Assembly: GCA_040954595.2 (NCBI GenBank)
Contig: CM082593.2
Coordinates: forward strand, 3,737,434 to 3,801,433
Reading direction: 5' to 3'
DNA length: 64,000 nt
Source: Balanoglossus misakiensis
Taxonomy: Eukaryota; Animalia; Hemichordata
Part shown: positions 57,273-64,000 of the stretch, in pieces
Layout: every line of letters begins with the position of its first letter
Position numbering within the stretch: the stretch's first letter is position 1
Notes under the pieces: generated by a model
Databases searched by the model: none
Told to the model about the DNA's origin: nothing
The model's input: the letters and a program-made list of their open reading frames with translations, nothing else
Program-made: the position numbers and the translations under genes

Positions 57273-60200
57273 ATGCGTAGCCATGGAAACAGTATGCACT
57301 GGCAGGATCTCTTGTGTTTATCTTTGTTGTTGGAATTGCTGCAGGCCGGGTTGTGTCCCGTAACCGCCAGTAAGTAGATCTCATTTATTTCATCGATCAA
57401 CTAATAATTTATTGATGGAACGGTAGCTGTTTTTGTCTCGTGGCATTTCTCAGCAGCGTGTTAGCCCGGTATCTGAAATTGCTTACGCTTCCAATTTTAG
57501 ACAGTGATTGTTGATTGTTATTGTTTCAGTGTTAAGGTAGCGTGTACATGTATTTTTGTCATCCAAATGTATATGTTTACAATATCATTGTCAATTTAAA
57601 ATTATATCCAACGAACACAGTTATGGCAGCTGAATCTGATCTATGCTCTTTGCCATCTCAGAAATGAGACATTTCGCCATAACGACACCCTTTCTACTCA
57701 TGAATCAAACAAATTTGATTTCTCCATGAAATGAAAAACGCAAACATTATATTTCATATTCGATTGATTTCCTTACGTTCATTTTCCGACACACCAGTAT
57801 AGAAAAGGAAAAATGCATTCCCAATGGCTCATTTTTTATTATTCTATTCAAAACCTGTGTTTTGGCAGTCACATCTGCCGCTGTGCCTTTTGGGCAAATT
57901 AAAAACACACAGACGCGAACATTAGCGTCCATTTCACTCTAGTCACATTTTGTAAACGACTATACCAAGTCGCGTGAACAGCTGAATGAAGGACAAGATA
58001 ACGACCAAGAATTACTTGGCAGCAATAGCTCATACTACACAAATCAAGGCCACATATTCTGGGTGTTCGACCGCGCTGCGGGAACAGAACGTTAAGATGT
58101 GGCTGATGCGCATCGAACGAAGGTTAAATTGAAGTACACATTGTTAGTTACGGCTACTGTCCGGGTACACATGTGATATCGATATACCACACTGTGATAA
58201 GTCCTGCTGATTTGTTCTGTATGTACAACACGACAACAGTCAGCAAGGGTGTGCTCAGACATTCTGAAGCCATAGGAACTGTTTCTAGAGTCATCTTCAG
58301 TCCCAGGGACATTACCTGGAAAAAGACGCAATTTCATGTATACGCAAATATTTCTATGTCAGTGGCAGAGACAGAGTCGTGAAGTATCAAATCTGACATC
58401 ATCGGGGAAGCTAAACCCAACTGAGCAGCGAGCAGTAAATGACATAAGCCCTCAAAAAGCCAGCCAAGAATTCGAGTGACATTGGAGATTTATGAGTGGG
58501 TCTCTTGGGGTCGATCTGTCAGAGGTCAAAAATTGCACTGTTCCCTATTTCGCAGTCGTTCGTTGTCGTCGTGCTCTGCGTATAGAGATCCTGCCGTCAT
58601 AAAACAGGATCTCCCTATTTTTAGACGTTGACAAATTTTCTGTTTGTCAAACTTATGTTAACTTAAAATATAATTTGATGTTTAAATTTTCACGTGGCGT
58701 TGGATTTTCGCTCGAGAGATCGCACAGAAGACTACCACCGTCCCGAGTCGTTTAAAATGTACGCCGAATCTCGCGCCCACATCTTTCAGTTAGTAGAGAA
58801 CTCGTAAAGCTGGTGTACGTGGCATTTACACATCCAGTCTGTCTGCTCGCAGACATCTAGCTGTCTGAGCTGCGATCAACCCACATTTGTTATGAACCGT
58901 TTAGTTAAGCTCCCTTTAAAGGTTCGGGATGACCAGACAAGTGTACTTTGCTTCCAAAGAATATTTTGCGATGGCTATCCAGAAATCAAATTGGCCAGCC
59001 ATTTGTGGTACACTGAAAGAATAATGGTCATTGATGAATATTTTTTATTTTCGACGAAATAGTGAACGTAAAATTGTCTGAGATATTCTGATGCGAGATC
59101 ACATCGACGAAGACTCAGATACCCATGATGGCTGATCTCATGAATATTAATGAGGGCACTTCACTGATTCCCTGTGTTTATTCTTGGTATCTTCCCGTTA
59201 CACGATGATTGATGGCGATCACTTCAAGTGACAGATGAGGATCGGATATGTCCAATCCGTTATATCCCAACCCAGCTACCGCATCCATTATTAACGCGGG
59301 CTGTACAGTCCTAGACCCAATGCGTTGATTCAGAAAAACACTGTTGACGGGACAAAAATGACCTTTTATATATTTATTGCAAAAAAAAAAATTAATTTCT
59401 CTACATGCAGAATATAGTTTCTGTGGTTCATTCCTGGTCTGAAAAGTTCACCTGAGGACAATCCGCGATCATCTTATCGACGACACTGTTCATCCTATAT
59501 GCAGTCAATTCACATACTGTGTTTATCTCGCACATTGAAGCCACGGCGGTAATTTGAGTTTGGCTCAATGCGTCAAAGTCGCCGATTAATCATGATGATG
59601 GCCAATTCGAACCTGGCATATTTTTATATCCGTTTCAATTTTAGCGAAAAGTCGAATGCATTTCATCTGTGGCTGTTTCGGTATACCGGTGCGTTGCGGC
59701 GTGTATAAACGCCCGAAATTAGCACGGCTGTGTCATTCAAATTTGGCGGAAACTGCACTGAAGGAATCGCATTCATAAAACGTCGTACGCTGAGGATATT
59801 ATGATTCATAGCGACAAGTTATGATGTATACTAAAAATTATACTGCGAACAAATGCCGTTTCATGTCAATGACCTGATCAGTTATGAATGCACTTACAAA
59901 CACGAGGACATGAAAGAAATACCGCGAACAACGCTTCATTTAAAATTTTCATATAATAGGTATTGATTCACGGCAGAAATATCAATATTGTAAACGTGTG
60001 AGCTATAAGAACATGCGCAAAGGCTAATAAAGTTACAAGTCCGGGTTGATTGCATAAATCTCTCTCCTTTCCCGCACATCTATCACTCTTGCCGCGGTCA
60101 TCTTTCACTCCCTATAAACTTCCACATCTCCCCATAGCAACTCGTAACATGAATATTTTAGAAGAAAAGTTTGACGGGAGCTTTATGGCATGTTCGATCT

Positions 60201-63057
60201 AATCGAGTCGTTAGCCGATTGAGAACCGAGCGATGCGCCTTCAAAGTTTACGATCCCACCGAGACATGAAACCTTTAACATCTTCACGCCATTAACAAAG
60301 AGATATACGTTTTAACGTGTTATCTTGAGAGGACAGAATATCGGATTTGGAATATATGTTTGTGTCCGTCTCAAGGGTACCAAAATACAATTTGTTTCCA
60401 TTTGTTAACAGTGATACAATTTCCAAGGACAATTCCTTCAAAATACACTTTTACGAGCAGCTGAAGAAATATGACATTTTCTCTACGACCAAACTGAATT
60501 AATTGGTATTACTGTATATATATGCAAACGCACGCGTATTTACCAGAATTTGTCTCTCACTTCTGTGTGACGCAAAGCCCCACGTTTGAGGTCTAAATGT
60601 CATAGATGACGTCACTCACGCATCTACCGGAGTACACCTGCCGTAGTCTACTCTCATCATGAAATCGAACACCAAAGACCACCTTCGTGAACATGCAGCA
60701 TTTTACCTCATTTAGCCACTATTTTCCTAACAAAAGAGCTAAACGTGGAAGAAATTTTCTTAAGATCACTTTCAATGAGTTTTTTCAACGTGCAATAATG
60801 CGTCGGTCTTTTTTGCCTTCTCGTGAGCTCTGACACCATATCCATTCAGTGACGCCATAATGTACGAAGCTGAAGTATGACAGTACAGATACTTAAAAGC
60901 TTAGTTTATGTTCAAAGGATGCTATTTTAACAGTGGCATGATTGTACCTGGTTAAATACAGGTATTGGTTGGAGGCCTACATAAGAGAATGCATACCGGT
61001 ATATCTTCAGATATGTGTGTGCATGCACTTTGATACGTGCGATGCAAAAAAATGCCAATTTAATTCATCTTCGAATAAAATTACGCATGAAGTACCTATT
61101 AAACAATATTTTTAGCACCTATAAAATTTATAAAATTTACGAAATAATGACAAGGCGTGTATAATTGCAGAATGTTTGCATTCCGTGAAGTATCTGTTAA
61201 TGACACGCGTGAGACCGCCTTTGAGTCGGTTAGTTAGTATGTCACGCGATCGGGATTTAATAAAAGTGGAACAGACCAGCAACGTGTCGTGTCCTTCGCT
61301 CAGAAAGCAAATCATGAGGCGGCGTATTGTATGGTAATGCGAGAAAACACGATATGAAGCAAAGATATGTAACTTACTGTCCGTCGTTACCCTAAGGGCA
61401 GTTTCATGTTTGTAACCCCGGGTTACGTCGAGGATGCGTGCAAGTATACTGTTTTGTTTCTTGTAAGCGAAGCGGGCACAGTTAAAATTGCGAACGAAAC
61501 AATTTCAGGTATTCGTCCAGGGATCAAACGAACTGCGAAACCCAATTATCTGAAGATGCCACGTTGGTATCAGTTCTCGAAAGCCCGGCGCGATCGTCAC
61601 GTAATCTGTCGATCTGAAATATTGATGACGTCAATCTCCGGTCGGCTGACATTACTTTGGTGGAGACAGTTGGAAGGCACAGCATTCGCAATGTCGCTTG
61701 TGAATCATGACCTCCATTCTCCATTATATTTTTTATCTAACGATTAGATATCAGATGGCCTGGCACTCCTGTGATTATGGCATGAGCTTCATTGTAAACT
61801 CCTGGAACGCGACAAGAAACCCAGGGCAGCAGTTTTCAGAAATTATTAAAGGGTGATGCGCGTCGGGGCAATTAAAGGACCAAAGTCTCCTCGCGTTCTT
61901 GCTCCTCCGCTATTTTTAAAACTTGCGTCCAATTAGGGGCAGTCGATCACAGATATCTGATGTACGAGAGACGTGATTTCTTCGATCTGATGACAACCTA
62001 CACGTCCACACTCATACTCACTACACGTGCAAATCAAAGCCTGGACACCTATGCGTCTTATGGAAAGTGGCGTTTTCATATCATGTACCAGCTATCAATA
62101 TTATTTATGACCAAGCACGTCGCTGATCGTTTCACAAGGATTCAGTGCTAACCTGTCCATGAGCTATGTGTTCAGCTACGAAGCAGTGCTAGGTGTAATT
62201 ACTTACATACACGCACAACAGGGGACAGTTTTCTCAACTATTTTTCAGCTCACTCAAGTAGCAGTTGTGTAATGTTGTTTTCTATCTAAATCGCTGAAAC
62301 ATCAAACTAACCCCATCAACCCCCTGCCCTCCGGTAATAGAATTGCAGACGACAACACCCCCGTGGTAGCAATGAGGTCACCGTCGGAGATCAGGCCTCG
62401 CAAGTGATGGACAAGTCTATTTTAATGCGCCCTCCAGCTTGTCTCTGTGCGTTGCATCGCCAAACTCAGACATGCTGTGGACTTGATGTAGTTTCTATTT
62501 TGGAGACAGGGTCGCCGTGTCAAGCATTTACGAGGCACCGTGCATCACGCCTGACTAATTGAATTATAGTCAAATCAAATATTCAAATGAACGACATTGA
62601 AAATACTGACACATCACAGTTGTGTAGCAGGAAGCTCTCTGAATGTTTACACGAACGGCCTCGATGGAATCACTTATGATCTCCGTGACGAGATTCGAAG
62701 AGATGTGACCTCTTATATTATAGCCAGTCCGATAATGATTTTATTTTGTTAGAGTTTTCTTTCATGTTGACAGGAAATAGACATCAAACAAAAGACAAAT
62801 TTCATAACACTAAAACATAAGAAATATCAGAATGAAAAGGAAGGTGCTGACTTTTTTGGACAAAATGCAATGTGACAATCCGATGACTTTTGGTAACAGC
62901 GAGCGTAAATTTCTATTTTCTCTCTCATCATTTCCAGGTCACTTCCGTACAACCTGCCACGCGGGATATCACAAGTTCCCAACATGCATCGACACACCTG
63001 GTGCCTACCTGTGCGAGTGCGGACCGGGCTTTGTGTGGAACAGCGAAATGTGTGTAG
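57273..63057 (+). CDS. Secreted or membrane protein with an N-terminal EGF-like module; first two coding exons (gene continues past window end)
   Basis: Exon 57273-57369 gives MRSHGNSMHWQDLLCLSLLLELLQAGLCPVTA (signal-peptide-like) and ends A|gtaagt (phase 1). Exon 62938-63057 (ttccag|...G|gtgggt, phase 1-1) gives SHFRTTCHAGYHKFPTCIDTPGAYLCECGPGFVWNSEMCV. The EGF exon is well supported; joining it to the signal exon is inferred. Confidence 0.7.
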
Positions 63058-64000
63058 GTGGGTTTTGCCGTTAGAGCCGCGCAATTGAAAAAGTAAATGT
63101 GTCTATTTTTAGTCTAATTCAATCTGCCGACGCAGGCACTCAGCAGAAACCATTAAATGTCTGTGAATAGCAAACAGATGCACCATTATACACGAAGGAA
63201 AGTCTAGTTGTGTGATGAGGACAACCTGTTGCCTGCAACTTTGATCAGACAACGTTTTCAAAGACGAATTATATCACTGAAGAACTTTTAATTGATGTTG
63301 TTAACTCAACTTGAAGCTGTTCTACTGGCTTTGACAGTGCTGCATTTTTATAACCCATACCATCAACATCAACAACTTGAACAACAACAGCAAAACGCTA
63401 ACATTAGCAGCAACAACATTTAATAACTGGCTAATTATCCGTTTATTATGTTTTTAATCTTAATTATATTGTATCGTCATTGCAATTCGTTAAAATTTAG
63501 CCTGATCAGCCTTTACATTGATGACATATGCCAGAGATAAATTTAACGTATGCCTTCATTACATTGGGTTTGAATGAATAGGCGCGAATATTATTCAGAA
63601 ATGCTTCCCTTCATTGACATCTACGAGCTGTCAGCATTTATTTGAAGTCAGTTCTTAAGGCTACCTGGTTTTATAGAAATTGGCAGCTTTGAGCTTAAGG
63701 TAATGCATTTAAAAGCTATCTGACTGAAAAATCCTATCCCATCCAATTTTTGCGTGACCGGAGCATATACTTCCATTCCGTACGTTGTGTCACGATCAAG
63801 GCAGGTTAGCAAGGGGGCGTTCGAGAGTAATGCCTAGCAATTGGAATCCATTAAGAATCTTGTTTTTCTCAGATTTTATTTAATCATGCTTTCAGCTATT
63901 TCAATAGCCCCTGTCTCCCTCTCAGGCTGCCACCAGTCGAGATCTCGTATGACGTCATCTGAGGTAGACAGGCGCGACCCCGAGGTGACCTCATTTCCAT

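Overview
Intron-rich eukaryotic genomic DNA (GT-AG introns, microsatellites). The gene content suggests a marine invertebrate, probably a deuterostome, but that is inference. Five spliced genes were reconstructed by hand. (1) The 5' part of a large Uninflatable-like cell-surface gene on the minus strand (signal peptide, C-type lectin, LDLa, CUB x3, CCP x4, EGF x2, CCP x2), running off the window start. (2) A complete 5-exon, 138-aa gene encoding only a CaMKII association (hub) domain, with no kinase. (3) A 5-exon sigma-like glutathione S-transferase. (4) A complete 20-exon, ~1881-aa alpha-2-macroglobulin-family gene on the minus strand that lacks the whole CUB + thioester region and carries a ~2.2-kb tandem peptide repeat in its bait region. 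(5) The first two coding exons of a secreted or membrane EGF-like protein. The 27.2-57.2 kb interval has no confidently identifiable coding exons. The most notable items are the thioester-domain-less A2M with its giant repeat bait, the stand-alone CaMKII hub gene, and a window-wide excess of TACATGTA/TACCGGTA palindromes resembling Tc1/mariner excision footprints.
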